From positions 1 through 64,000 of the IMG/VR virus record IMGVR_UViG_3300028844_006119: DNA of 64,000 nucleotides, one strand, 5' to 3'. The notes beneath the pieces are model-generated. The model did no database searches and was not told the origin of the DNA. It saw only the letters and a program-made list of their open reading frames with translations. A program made the position numbers and the translations under genes. Origin of the DNA: a virus. This document shows, one piece after another, positions 1 through 7,584 of the stretch (positions within the stretch are counted from its first letter, which is position 1; each line of letters opens with the position of its first letter).

Positions 1-24
1 GGGCCAGACCCGAAGGCCTGACCC
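1..24 (-). terminator. UUCG-capped hairpin after the 37..597 gene (probable terminator; U-tract would lie outside the window)
   Basis: Minus strand GGGTCAGGCC-TTCG-GGTCTGGCCC, 12 nt past the stop codon. Confidence 0.6.
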
Positions 25-36
25 TGCTCCCTACCT

Positions 37-597
37 CTACGCGACCGTCGACCACTTGCTCCAGTAGTCCTCGATCTCCTTGGCCTCCTCGACCAGCTCC
101 TCCTTCGACTTGGCCCCCGTGATGGCGGAGCCGCCCGCGAGGTTCACGCAGAACCGCCAGGCCCCGACCGGAGCCTTCGGCCCCTTCATTGCGAGCGTAG
201 TCACCCAGCAGTGGGTGTACCCCTCGTTGATGAAGGCTGCCTTGGCCTCGTCACTGGTTTGTGGGTCAGCCAGGTACATCTCGGCCGTGTAGATGATGGC
301 GGCGACCGTATCGGGCCGTCGCTCATCATCAGTCAGGCCATCACGGCGTCGGTACGCCGCGACCTCTCCCCGATGCTCCCGGAGGACGTAGTCTTCCGGG
401 TTGGTGGTGGAAGGGGCAACGCCGCAGACAACCATGTCTGCGGCGTCCGGGATGCCCACGAAGGGCCCCGCGCCGAAGTCGTGAAACTCGACGGCCGCCT
501 GAAGGGCGGCGTGAAGCGCCATCGGCTTCGACACTTTCGTGCCGATGGCCGAGGTGGTGGTCTGGGCGGCCGCGATGGGGTGCATGAAAATCTTCAT
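37..597 (-). CDS. hypothetical protein (186 aa)
   Basis: GGAG RBS, strong GC3 coding pattern, upstream CATAA motif, downstream hairpin. Confidence 0.8.
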   Translation of the reverse strand: MKIFMHPIAAAQTTTSAIGTKVSKPMALHAALQAAVEFHDFGAGPFVGIPDAADMVVCGVAPSTTNPEDYVLREHRGEVAAYRRRDGLTDDERRPDTVAAIIYTAEMYLADPQTSDEAKAAFINEGYTHCWVTTLAMKGPKAPVGAWRFCVNLAGGSAITGAKSKEELVEEAKEIEDYWSKWSTVA

Positions 598-636
598 GAA
601 TACTCCAATGAGAAAGGGGGGTTGAATCCTTCCTTA

Positions 637-675
637 CTACTATATTTATGCCCCTTTTTATCTAAGTTTTAACCC
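637..675 (-). promoter_or_regulatory. repeated TAAA-N17-CATAA promoter-like motif (copy 1)
   Basis: GGGTTAAAACTTAGATAAAAAGGGGCATAAATATAGTAG, upstream of 37..597. Confidence 0.7.
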
Positions 676-679
676 CACT

Positions 680-1123
680 TTAATGTGATAGGATGAGCTC
701 CTTCCCCTGGAGTTTTACCTTCGCAAGGATTGGCGCCCCCGTGGGAGACATCCAGACATGGACGGCGTACTTGTACTTCTTGTACTTTACGCCTGCTTCC
801 GCGCACTCCTCCTTGGAGCGCGTCTGGACACTGGTGTGCCACTGCACCCAGCCCTGCTCCTGCAGGTGCTTCGACAACTCGAACTTCGGCTCCATGCCGA
901 AAGGATGTGTATCTTTGTTGTCGGTTTTGGACTTGACCTCTCCGGAGGACCAGACCTCAATGATCTGGGCGAGGCCGTCCATGATGACCTCTCGAGCCTC
1001 CGGCCCGGCGTCTGCCAGATTCGTGTAGGAGCCCGGCCGCGACTCCCAACCGATGGGCACTCCGTTTGCGCGGAGTTCCAACATTTGCTTGAAGTCAGGA
1101 ATCTGATCGGCGTGAATAGTCAT
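680..1123 (-). CDS. hypothetical protein (147 aa)
   Basis: AAGGAGG RBS, coding bias, upstream motif. Confidence 0.8.
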   Translation of the reverse strand: MTIHADQIPDFKQMLELRANGVPIGWESRPGSYTNLADAGPEAREVIMDGLAQIIEVWSSGEVKSKTDNKDTHPFGMEPKFELSKHLQEQGWVQWHTSVQTRSKEECAEAGVKYKKYKYAVHVWMSPTGAPILAKVKLQGKELILSH

Positions 1124-1150
1124 GGAAACCTCCTTTGTATTGGTTCCTGA

Positions 1151-1188
1151 CTATATTATTTATGCCTCTTTTTAGGCGGCTATTAAGC
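1151..1188 (-). promoter_or_regulatory. repeated promoter-like motif (copy 2)
   Basis: GCTTAATAGCCGCCTAAAAAGAGGCATAAATAATATAG (TAAT-N17-CATAA). Confidence 0.7.
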
Positions 1189-1189
1189 T

Positions 1190-1250
1190 AAAAGAGGAAG
1201 AGCAGCTTTTGCCTGCGACCTCTACCGCCGAAACGGCGGCACTTCTCTGA
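1190..1250 (-). terminator. branched hairpin structure plus U-tract after 1259..1681
   Basis: AGAGAAG/CTTCCTCT closing stem around CCGCCG-TTT-CGGCGG and GCAG..CTGC hairpins, followed by Ts. Confidence 0.4.
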
Positions 1251-1258
1251 AGACGCTT

Positions 1259-1681
1259 TTACTCCTCGACCTCGAAGCCGTCGACGAGAGTAGAAACCCA
1301 CTCCCAGTCGATATCCTCTACTCCGTGAAAGCCCATCACTCGCGACACTTTCGTCCGCTTGCGATAGTTACTGCCACCCGCGAGAGACTCGCGGTCGAAG
1401 TCCACCCGGTGATGCGAACAGATTTTCACCCAGACATCCATCCGGGCGAGAAACTTCTCGCATGACGAACGCCCGAGTCCGTCAAGAACTCTCCATTCAT
1501 CTGCAGGGGGGTATGCCTGTGCGACCAGGCAGAGAATACTGAAGGCCACGTCATTCCACTCCTCACGGATGTGGTCGACGCTGCATTCCAGCGTTGCTTC
1601 GATGAGCTCGTGCACCTCAGATATGAGGTACCCGGCCGTCATCGGAGCAGAAAGCATCCCCCGCAAGTCCTTCACTTGCAT
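1259..1681 (-). CDS. MazG-like all-alpha NTP pyrophosphohydrolase
   Basis: LISEVHELIEA...HIREEWNDVAF matches the ExxE...EExxD pattern. Confidence 0.6.
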   Translation of the reverse strand: MQVKDLRGMLSAPMTAGYLISEVHELIEATLECSVDHIREEWNDVAFSILCLVAQAYPPADEWRVLDGLGRSSCEKFLARMDVWVKICSHHRVDFDRESLAGGSNYRKRTKVSRVMGFHGVEDIDWEWVSTLVDGFEVEE

Positions 1682-1694
1682 GGTTGATGTTCCA

Positions 1695-1730
1695 TATACT
1701 ATTTATGCCTCGGAACCGCCCCGATTTTCG
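1695..1730 (-). promoter_or_regulatory. repeated promoter-like motif (copy 3)
   Basis: CGAAAATCGGGGCGGTTCCGAGGCATAAATAGTATA; its TAA is also the stop of 1703..2362. Confidence 0.55.
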
Positions 1731-2362
1731 GTAGCGTACTTGACGCCCATGATCGTGCCGATGATAGAGAAGCTGTTGGTGAGCAAGATACCGAACATGT
1801 TGCTCCAGGTATTGCCCAGGAGGGTTGTGTCTCCTGTGGACGCGGTAGGGCCGAACAGCGCAGTCGCGTACATCATGGTCGTCGTGATTCCCACACCGGC
1901 AATGACCCACAGGGCCACTCGGACGATGTTGCCCATGAGCTCAAACTGAGTCTGCTTCTGCATGAAGTCTAGGTCCGTCTCAGCGGTGGCTTTCGCCTTC
2001 TCCGCGAGGATCCGGGCCTCCTCTGCCTCCCGACGATGGGTATCGGACTGCTCTCGAGCGTCCTCCGCCTGCTCCTTTGCCTTTTTTGCTCTGTCCAACG
2101 CCGTCTGAAGCTGAGTCATCAATTCAGTATTCTTACTGTGCGCCCTCTCCAGCTCTTTCTTTTCCTCCTGGGCAGACTTGCTCACCTCTAGGCGCTGCTT
2201 CTGCTTTTCGGCATCTTTGGCCTGGGCTCTCTTTATGTACTCCTCGTACTCCGGGCGCCCCTCGTCGTCGATAAGCCGCAGGATGTTGCCGGAGATGTAG
2301 ACTTTCTTGCTTTGCGCAGTAGCGAGTAGCGCAGCCCAGGCAATTTCATCCAGCTGGATCAT
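1703..2362 (-). CDS. coiled-coil membrane protein with two C-terminal hydrophobic helices, third gene of the two-component module
   Basis: Long E/K/A/Q heptad region, then VALWVIAGVGITTTMMYATALF and FGILLTNSFSIIGTIMGV; ATGA overlap with the receiver gene. Confidence 0.8.
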   Translation of the reverse strand: MIQLDEIAWAALLATAQSKKVYISGNILRLIDDEGRPEYEEYIKRAQAKDAEKQKQRLEVSKSAQEEKKELERAHSKNTELMTQLQTALDRAKKAKEQAEDAREQSDTHRREAEEARILAEKAKATAETDLDFMQKQTQFELMGNIVRVALWVIAGVGITTTMMYATALFGPTASTGDTTLLGNTWSNMFGILLTNSFSIIGTIMGVKYATENRGGSEA

Positions 2363-2790
2363 TGATAGACCCGGAACTCCGCCGTTCTGTCAGCGTATTT
2401 GGAGTAGTCCTCCCGGAACGCTTCTAGGCGAGGTTCGATCTCGTCACTTTTGACCAGCCAGAACTGGGCGCCGCAGTCTTTTGCTCGTTGAATCTCCAGA
2501 GTGTCCGAGGACGAGGAGATGATGCCGATGACAACACCATTGCCGTGGATCTGATTGATCCTGCGGACAAGCTCGATGCCGTCGTAGGTGCTGCCGATGA
2601 TGTTTAGATCCACGAAAACGCACTCTGGCCTATCGGTGGGATCGCTCTTCCATTCCGAGAATAGAGAGTCTGCTCGATCGGAGCTCTTTAGGGCCCGTAG
2701 GTCCAAGGCAATGCCTAGCAGAGAGCATGCGTCCTCAAAGACAAGATGAAAGAGGTCTTCATCATCTACAAGCAAAAGACTATTAATCAT
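2359..2790 (-). CDS. single-domain response regulator (receiver)
   Basis: LLLVDDE acidic pocket, CVFVDLN phospho-Asp, DGIEL, IISSS, GAQFWLVK; no output domain. Confidence 0.9.
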   Translation of the reverse strand: MINSLLLVDDEDLFHLVFEDACSLLGIALDLRALKSSDRADSLFSEWKSDPTDRPECVFVDLNIIGSTYDGIELVRRINQIHGNGVVIGIISSSSDTLEIQRAKDCGAQFWLVKSDEIEPRLEAFREDYSKYADRTAEFRVYQ

Positions 2791-4096
2791 GGGTCTGAAT
2801 CCGAATTCGAGTACCGACAGAGGCCTTCTCACAGGTGACGGAGAAGTCGTGCTCTCTTAGAATGGCTATGCAGATGTTTAGGCCTAGGCCGGAGCCTGCC
2901 TCGGTCTGCCCTTTTTTTCTAACGTAGGGCTTCGAGTATTCCTCGAACTCTTTTTTAGTCATTCCTCGACCGTTGTCGATGATGACAATGTGGTTGCCGT
3001 CCTCAGACTCTACTCTGACTACCTTTGTCTGGGAGTCGTTGTACTTTAGGCCATTTCGTATCAAGTTATCAATGGCTGTGCAAAACAGTGGACCATTTAC
3101 CTCCACCGCCGGAAGATCCCCAAGAACTACTTGGCTCTTGTAGGAGGTCGCAGAGAGATAGTCTCGCAGAAGATCTCCTAGGTCATGGACCTGCATCTCA
3201 AGCTCTGCCCCAGGCTTTACGAGGTTGGTGAACTCCTTCACGCCGCTGTAGACTTTTTGGGTGTGGGCGAGCCCCTCCTTTAGCAAGCGAAGAGGCATCT
3301 GCAGGTTCAGCTTTTCGACGATCTCGGGGCATGACATCAGACGTCTTTCCAGGGACCGAATGCCTCGAGGTATGTATGTATTGATGCCAGAGTGCATGTC
3401 GTGACGGAGGATCTTTGCGGCGTGCTCTAAGTATGTGTTTTTACTCTGCAGTTCCATTCTGTCTTGAATCTGCTCGGTGACGTCATTGGCTACTTTCAAG
3501 ATCTCAAATACCGCCCCATCCCTGGTCTTGAGAGGGATGTATGTCCCGGTGACCCACACAGACGTTCCGTCCGTCGCAACTCTCTCGTAGGTCCCTCTGT
3601 ATGGAAGGCCTTCCCTGAGCTTCTTCCAGAAGTATTTGTATGTGCGGCTGCCGCGTACCTGATCCTTTACGAAGGACGAGTGCTGCATGCCGGGCACGGT
3701 GTCCTTATCGATCTTCAACAGATCGCAGAAATATTGATTGGCCTCGATGATGGTCGCGTCCGGCTTGAGACGCACGACAATACTATTTGTGTTCACGGCC
3801 TCCATAAACAGCGCCACACTCTTCTGCTTGAAGTCCAGAACGGAGTAGAGGGCTGTCAGGTACGACACGGTACAGACCAAGTAGAGGGGGGCCATGGGAG
3901 CCCCCTCCAAGGTAGCCATTATTGGATCCATGCGGGACCCGGAGTACGCTCCGGGGTTTAGGTCATAGATCACGTCCAGGACCAGGTATGTGATCTGTAG
4001 CCCCAGCAATGTGGACGCTACGCCGGTCAGGTGCCTAAGGTTGCTCGGAAGCGACTTAAACTCCTTGGCCATTCTGACGACAAAGGATTTGTTCAT
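2783..4096 (-). CDS. membrane PAS-domain sensor histidine kinase
   Basis: Two TM segments; PAS/PAC (IIEANQYFC..FWKKLREG..DGTSVWV..ANDVTE); H-box LRHDM; N-box NLIRNGLKY; G1 DNGRGM; G2 GSGLGL; GGAG RBS before ATG 4096. Confidence 0.92.
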   Translation of the reverse strand: MNKSFVVRMAKEFKSLPSNLRHLTGVASTLLGLQITYLVLDVIYDLNPGAYSGSRMDPIMATLEGAPMAPLYLVCTVSYLTALYSVLDFKQKSVALFMEAVNTNSIVVRLKPDATIIEANQYFCDLLKIDKDTVPGMQHSSFVKDQVRGSRTYKYFWKKLREGLPYRGTYERVATDGTSVWVTGTYIPLKTRDGAVFEILKVANDVTEQIQDRMELQSKNTYLEHAAKILRHDMHSGINTYIPRGIRSLERRLMSCPEIVEKLNLQMPLRLLKEGLAHTQKVYSGVKEFTNLVKPGAELEMQVHDLGDLLRDYLSATSYKSQVVLGDLPAVEVNGPLFCTAIDNLIRNGLKYNDSQTKVVRVESEDGNHIVIIDNGRGMTKKEFEEYSKPYVRKKGQTEAGSGLGLNICIAILREHDFSVTCEKASVGTRIRIQTHD

Positions 4097-4120
4097 AGGC
4101 TCCAAGATACACCAGGGGCT

Positions 4121-4151
4121 AAGAAAAGGTGCCGGGGAACCCCCGGACACC
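4121..4151 (-). terminator. intrinsic terminator
   Basis: GGTGTCCGGGG-GTT-CCCCGGCACC followed by TTTTCTT. Confidence 0.65.
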
Positions 4152-4175
4152 TCACCTTACCCCACAGTGGGGGCA

Positions 4176-4910
4176 TCACAGGCCTGCCTTTTTCTTCTCC
4201 TTCTTCGACACCGTTCGGAACTCCATCAAAGAGTGCCTACGGGGAATCGTGAAGGAGAGCCCGTCCGGAATGCGCGCCAGACCCGGATTGGTCAGGTACC
4301 GGTTCATCCTCGCAGGGTCAATACAGGAGGGCCTTTCGCCCCACAGCTGCGGCTCCACTCGGAGGAAGAACCAGACACCGTCTTCCCGGCGGATGTAGAA
4401 CTCCAGATCGGAGATCTTCCGCACGTTCGGATCGGCCTTCTTCTCCCTCTTCTTCGGGGCCGGACTTCGTTGCAAGATCCCGTGCTTGTCCACGTAGAAC
4501 CCACCCCACCCCTGCCCCTGCTTGGCCTCCAAGGGGCGCCAACCGCCCCATCCCGTACGACCCACCACCCCGTCCTTCCACACAGGGCGCCGTTCCACGT
4601 AGTCCCACAAGTGCTGGTAGATGTGGGCACCAACCGCCGAGTCCGACGGACTCTTCTCTCGGATCTCCGAGTGGATCTTGTCCCACGGCCTTCCGACCAC
4701 GGAGCCCAGGAAGCGGATCAACGGGTTCAGATACTCGTTGAGGTACTTCCTCTCCGAGTACTTCCTGTTGGCCGGCTTCATCCCCGACTTCGTCGAGGGC
4801 TCGGAGTCCTCGTAGATGCGCTCCCTCCGGAGCGCCCGAACCGCTCCGTTCTTCAACCTACTGCCAAGTCGCGGTCGAGTGACCAGGACCTTTTTCATGT
4901 CATCTCGCAT
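4176..4910 (-). CDS. basic conserved hypothetical protein (MRxDMxKV..RPR / PLxRFL..VGRPWDxxxSE family)
   Basis: GGAGG RBS; motif set recalled from an uncharacterised bacterial family. Confidence 0.75.
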   Translation of the reverse strand: MRDDMKKVLVTRPRLGSRLKNGAVRALRRERIYEDSEPSTKSGMKPANRKYSERKYLNEYLNPLIRFLGSVVGRPWDKIHSEIREKSPSDSAVGAHIYQHLWDYVERRPVWKDGVVGRTGWGGWRPLEAKQGQGWGGFYVDKHGILQRSPAPKKREKKADPNVRKISDLEFYIRREDGVWFFLRVEPQLWGERPSCIDPARMNRYLTNPGLARIPDGLSFTIPRRHSLMEFRTVSKKEKKKAGL

Positions 4911-4936
4911 GTCATCTCCTCCATGATAGGACGGTT

Positions 4937-4990
4937 AAAAAAGGAAATCCCTCCCCAGGGGGAGCCCCACCCCCGAAGGGGGCGGGGCTC
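4937..4990 (-). terminator. intrinsic terminator
   Basis: GAGCCCCGCCCC-CTTC-GGGGTGGGGCTC hairpin and downstream TTTTTT, directly after the 4996 stop. Confidence 0.6.
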
Positions 4991-4995
4991 TTCTC

Positions 4996-5470
4996 TCAGA
5001 TGGCGGAGGCGCTGGCGCCGTTGGTGTACCGCGCCTGGCGCGCGGTCTCCCGCGCGGTCTCAGCCTTGACCCTCTCGGTCTTGGAGTTGGCCGCCTTGAC
5101 CCCGGCCTCCTCTGCACGCGTTTCCGCGTTCAGGGCCTCGGCCCCCGCCCTGGTTACCTGGGCCTGGGCCTGGGCCATGGCCACCGGTGCGAACGCCGCG
5201 ATGGCGGCGTTGGAGACGCCCTCCATCGCCTTGATGGCCGCCCGCCCGCTGGCCACGGACTCGAGGTGGACAGCGCGCTGCGGTCTCCGCACCCTTCAGG
5301 GCGGAGGCCAGGAGGCTGGATTGCGCGTCGAGCGATGCCGAGTGCATCCGCTCTTCAGTCGAGATGGCGGTCTTTACGACGTCCAGGGACGTGTCCCAGA
5401 TCTTCAGGTAGACGTCACTCTTTGCGGCTGCGGAGGCGGCGGAGGCGATGTTCTTCTTGATCGTGCTCAT
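4996..5470 (-). pseudogene. Ala-rich helical protein split by a single frameshift near 5274 (mutation, sequencing error or recoding)
   Basis: The 5' half of ORF 5060..5479 (MSTIKKNIAS..KGAETAA) and the 3' part of ORF 4996..5292 (AVHLESVAS..ASAI) are both protein-like and join if one base is removed. Confidence 0.6.
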
Positions 5471-5530
5471 GATAGTCACCAGCTGGGAAAGGGAGACTTC
5501 CGCGAGAGCGCGGTAGTATGGTCTTCCCCA

Positions 5531-5569
5531 GTAGATTATTTATGCCTCTTTTTCTCCTTGTTTTTACCC
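5531..5569 (-). promoter_or_regulatory. repeated promoter-like motif (copy 4)
   Basis: GGGTAAAAACAAGGAGAAAAAGAGGCATAAATAATCTAC. Confidence 0.7.
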
Positions 5570-5621
5570 TATGAGGCATTATGCGGGTCCGTGAGCTATG
5601 CTCTAAGAAAGGATCGTCTCC

Positions 5622-5861
5622 ATGAAGAAGCCCCCCTCTGAGTGCATTAAGGCAGTAAAGACTCTGACGGACTTCCATGATGACGACTGTGCGTCGTACT
5701 ACTCCAGCGATGGAGGAAGCGCGGTCATCGTCATCAGCGACCAGGAAGTAGCCGAGAAAATGGTCTACATCATGGCCATGCTGATGGAGGCACTGGGAGA
5801 CGGAATAGAGGAAGAATTTGGTGTCCCTCTTTTGATCCCGCCAGAGCCCATCGAGGCATGA
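5622..5861 (+). CDS. small acidic hypothetical protein
   Basis: AAGGA RBS, 79-aa ORF. Confidence 0.65.
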   Translation: MKKPPSECIKAVKTLTDFHDDDCASYYSSDGGSAVIVISDQEVAEKMVYIMAMLMEALGDGIEEEFGVPLLIPPEPIEA

Positions 5862-5864
5862 GCT

Positions 5865-5883
5865 AAGAAAGCCCCGAAGGGCC
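5865..5883 (-). terminator. short UUCG terminator
   Basis: GGCCC-TTCG-GGGCT followed by TTCTT, between convergent genes. Confidence 0.5.
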
Positions 5884-5897
5884 GAGGCCCCCGAGCG

Positions 5898-6101
5898 CTA
5901 CTTGCGCTCGAGGAACCCCTGCTCGTAGCACCATTCAGGCACCACCGTCGGTGGTGCCCCGTTGTTCCGCACCCAGCCCTCTGACTGGATGCAGATGCGT
6001 CGGTCCTCCCTCTCGAGGCCCTCCGGGACGGCAATCGCCATCCCGATCACCGCCGCCAGCACGGCGATGATCGGGAGGACTTCGTTGAAGCTCTCTTTCA
6101 T
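5898..6101 (-). CDS. small membrane protein
   Basis: AAGGAG RBS; hydrophobic helix VLPIIAVLAAVIGMAIAV; two Cys. Confidence 0.7.
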   Translation of the reverse strand: MKESFNEVLPIIAVLAAVIGMAIAVPEGLEREDRRICIQSEGWVRNNGAPPTVVPEWCYEQGFLERK

Positions 6102-6208
6102 GAGAGCTCCTTCGTGAGGCGCAGGGCCTCACGAAGATTCTCTGCCCCGCCCTTGCGGAGCAGCGCTTCAATGCGCTGCATCTTCTTCATGCGTTCTTCG
6201 TGGGTCAT
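6098..6208 (-). CDS. 36-aa helical peptide (not in ORF track)
   Basis: AGGAGG RBS; MTHEERMKKMQRIEALLRKGGAENLREALRLTKELS; ATGA coupling to the next gene. Confidence 0.7.
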   Translation of the reverse strand: MTHEERMKKMQRIEALLRKGGAENLREALRLTKELS

Positions 6209-6248
6209 GGCGACCTCCTGAATAGAGAAGGGCGGTATTGCCTTTCCT

Positions 6249-6287
6249 CTACTATATTTATGACCTAAAAAGCCCCCATATTAGCCC
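6249..6287 (-). promoter_or_regulatory. repeated promoter-like motif (copy 5)
   Basis: GGGCTAATATGGGGGCTTTTTAGGTCATAAATATAGTAG. Confidence 0.7.
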
Positions 6288-6352
6288 TCACTGGCAGGGG
6301 TAGTGATAGGCAGATACGTTGCGGGTCGCCAATTTAATGGCAAGGAGACGCT

Positions 6353-6514
6353 ATGACTAAGTACATTCTTCCCCTGTTCGCACTGCTCCTCATTGCAGGC
6401 TGTGGCGACAAGGACGACGACACTGGCTCTGAAGATACCGCATCTGTCCCCGGAGACACCGCTGACTCGGGTGACTCCGGTGAGGACACTGGCTCGGAAG
6501 ACACCGGCGAGTAA
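6353..6514 (+). CDS. 53-aa acidic lipoprotein (not in ORF track)
   Basis: AAGGAG RBS; MTKYILPLFALLLIAG^CGDKDDDTGSEDT...; lipobox followed by DTG/DSG repeats. Confidence 0.8.
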   Translation: MTKYILPLFALLLIAGCGDKDDDTGSEDTASVPGDTADSGDSGEDTGSEDTGE

Positions 6515-6520
6515 GACCTA

Positions 6521-6556
6521 AAAAGAGAGCCCCGGCAAATAAATGCTGGGGCTCTC
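6521..6556. terminator. intrinsic terminator hairpin (U-tract on minus strand; ends the tRNA transcript)
   Basis: GAGAGCCCCGGCA-aataaa-TGCTGGGGCTCTC, flanked by AAAA. Confidence 0.75.
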
Positions 6557-6564
6557 CCGAGGAA

Positions 6565-6715
6565 GGCAAAGAACTATAGCAATCAGACGAGATCTGGCTG
6601 TATGCCAATTACCAGAACTCTCAGCCGCAGCACTTCATGGGCATCTCTTGAGGTGCGTGCCTCTTTGTTAGATCTCTAGTTCTCTGCCCGACTCCGCATT
6701 GGCGTCCCTATGCGG
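6565..6715 (-). ncRNA. candidate structured ncRNA between tRNA-Ala and the terminator
   Basis: 12-bp stem GGCAGAGAACTA/TAGTTCTTTGCC and 7-bp GAGATCT/AGATCTC enclosing GGCTG/CAGCC and other hairpins; 5' CCGCAT/ATGCGG hairpin; no convincing ORF. Confidence 0.5.
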
Positions 6716-6723
6716 CCTCTAAA

Positions 6724-6799
6724 TGGTGGAGGATATCGGAATCGAACCGATGACATCCAGCTTGCAAAGCTGGCGCTCTCCCAACTGAGCTAATCCCCC
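6724..6799 (-). tRNA. tRNA-Ala(TGC)
   Basis: Cloverleaf, CCAGC-TTTGCAA-GCTGG, encoded CCA. Confidence 0.97.
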
Positions 6800-6800
6800 A

Positions 6801-6876
6801 TGGCTCCGGCAACAGGACTCGAACCTGTGACCCGCGGATTAACAGTCCGCTGCTCTACCAACTGAGCTATACCGGA
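6801..6876 (-). tRNA. tRNA-Asn(GTT)
   Basis: Cloverleaf, GCGGA-CTGTTAA-TCCGC, CCA. Confidence 0.97.
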
Positions 6877-6888
6877 ACATTCCTATTG

Positions 6889-6962
6889 TGGCTGGGGCAC
6901 CAGGGATCGAACCTGAGACGTCGGCGCCAAAAACCGAAGTGATACCGCTTCACCATACCCCA
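6889..6962 (-). tRNA. tRNA-Gln(TTG)
   Basis: Cloverleaf, TCGGT-TTTTGGC-GCCGA, CCA. Confidence 0.93.
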
Positions 6963-7157
6963 TTACTCCGGTTGAAGATCTGCCTCGTCGGTCCAGAAGG
7001 ACTCATATTCATAGGGGGACTTATCCTCCGGAAATGCCCCAAGCTCCGGGCTGTCCCACTTGACGAGAACAATAGTAGAGCCCTTTCCTTCTTCTCGCTG
7101 CATAGCCGTCCCCGTACCATAAGCATGGTGGGATACTCGCGTGCCTGGTTTGATCAT
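6963..7157 (-). CDS. small SH3/KOW-like hypothetical protein between tRNAs
   Basis: GGAG RBS; KPGTRVSHHAYGTGT..VLVKWD pattern. Confidence 0.6.
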   Translation of the reverse strand: MIKPGTRVSHHAYGTGTAMQREEGKGSTIVLVKWDSPELGAFPEDKSPYEYESFWTDEADLQPE

Positions 7158-7181
7158 TGGGTCTCCAAAGAAGAGGTAAGG

Positions 7182-7269
7182 TGGCGGAGAGAGTGGGATT
7201 CGAACCCACGGTAGGTTGCCCTACACTCGCGTTCCAGGCGAGCACCTTCGTCCACTCGGTCATCTCTCC
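7182..7269 (-). tRNA. tRNA-Ser(GGA)
   Basis: Long variable arm, CTCGC-CTGGAAC-GCGAG, CCA. Confidence 0.97.
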
Positions 7270-7274
7270 TAAAA

Positions 7275-7359
7275 TGGTGCGAGAAGGGGGAATCGAACCC
7301 CCACTCCTTAAGGAACCAGATCCTAAATCTGGCGCGTCTACCAATTCCGCCACCCTCGC
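7275..7359 (-). tRNA. tRNA-Leu(TAG)
   Basis: Long variable arm, CCAGA-TTTAGGA-TCTGG, CCA. Confidence 0.97.
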
Positions 7360-7480
7360 TTAAGTGTCCCGAGTCTCACGAGCCTAAGGTTTATACTGAC
7401 ATCGGCTTCTACCTCTAAAGGTCCGTGTCGCCCTCAGATTTGTCCTGCCTGAGGTGCAGGGGCGACATAGGGGCCGCCAA

Positions 7481-7577
7481 GAAAAAGGGGGGCTGGGGAG
7501 ACCGTCCCGGGACGGTCTGGGTCCGGTCTCTTTTCCTTACGCATAAAAGGAGGTACGTAAGAAGGGCAGCCCAGCTC
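7481..7577 (-). ncRNA. candidate three-way-junction RNA with an anti-Shine-Dalgarno loop (or branched terminator)
   Basis: GCTGGG/CCCAGC closing stem; CTTACGTA-CCTCCTTTTA-TGCGTAAG hairpin; 20-bp perfect palindrome 7499..7518; 3' U-tract. Confidence 0.4.
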
Positions 7578-7584
7578 TGCCGAA

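Noticed and set aside
1225-1260. Possible hammerhead ribozyme (GAAAC and CTGAAGA both present)
   Set aside because: Only 13 nt separate GAAA from CUGANGA, too short for stems III and I, and there is no properly placed cleavage triplet.
3990-5641. Long plus-strand ORFs 3990..5069 and 5000..5641
   Set aside because: They are antisense shadows of GC3-rich minus-strand genes, lack an RBS and cross terminators.
6888-7363. ORFs overlapping tRNA genes (6888..7214, 7021..7353, 7157..7363)
   Set aside because: They are translations of tRNA sequence.
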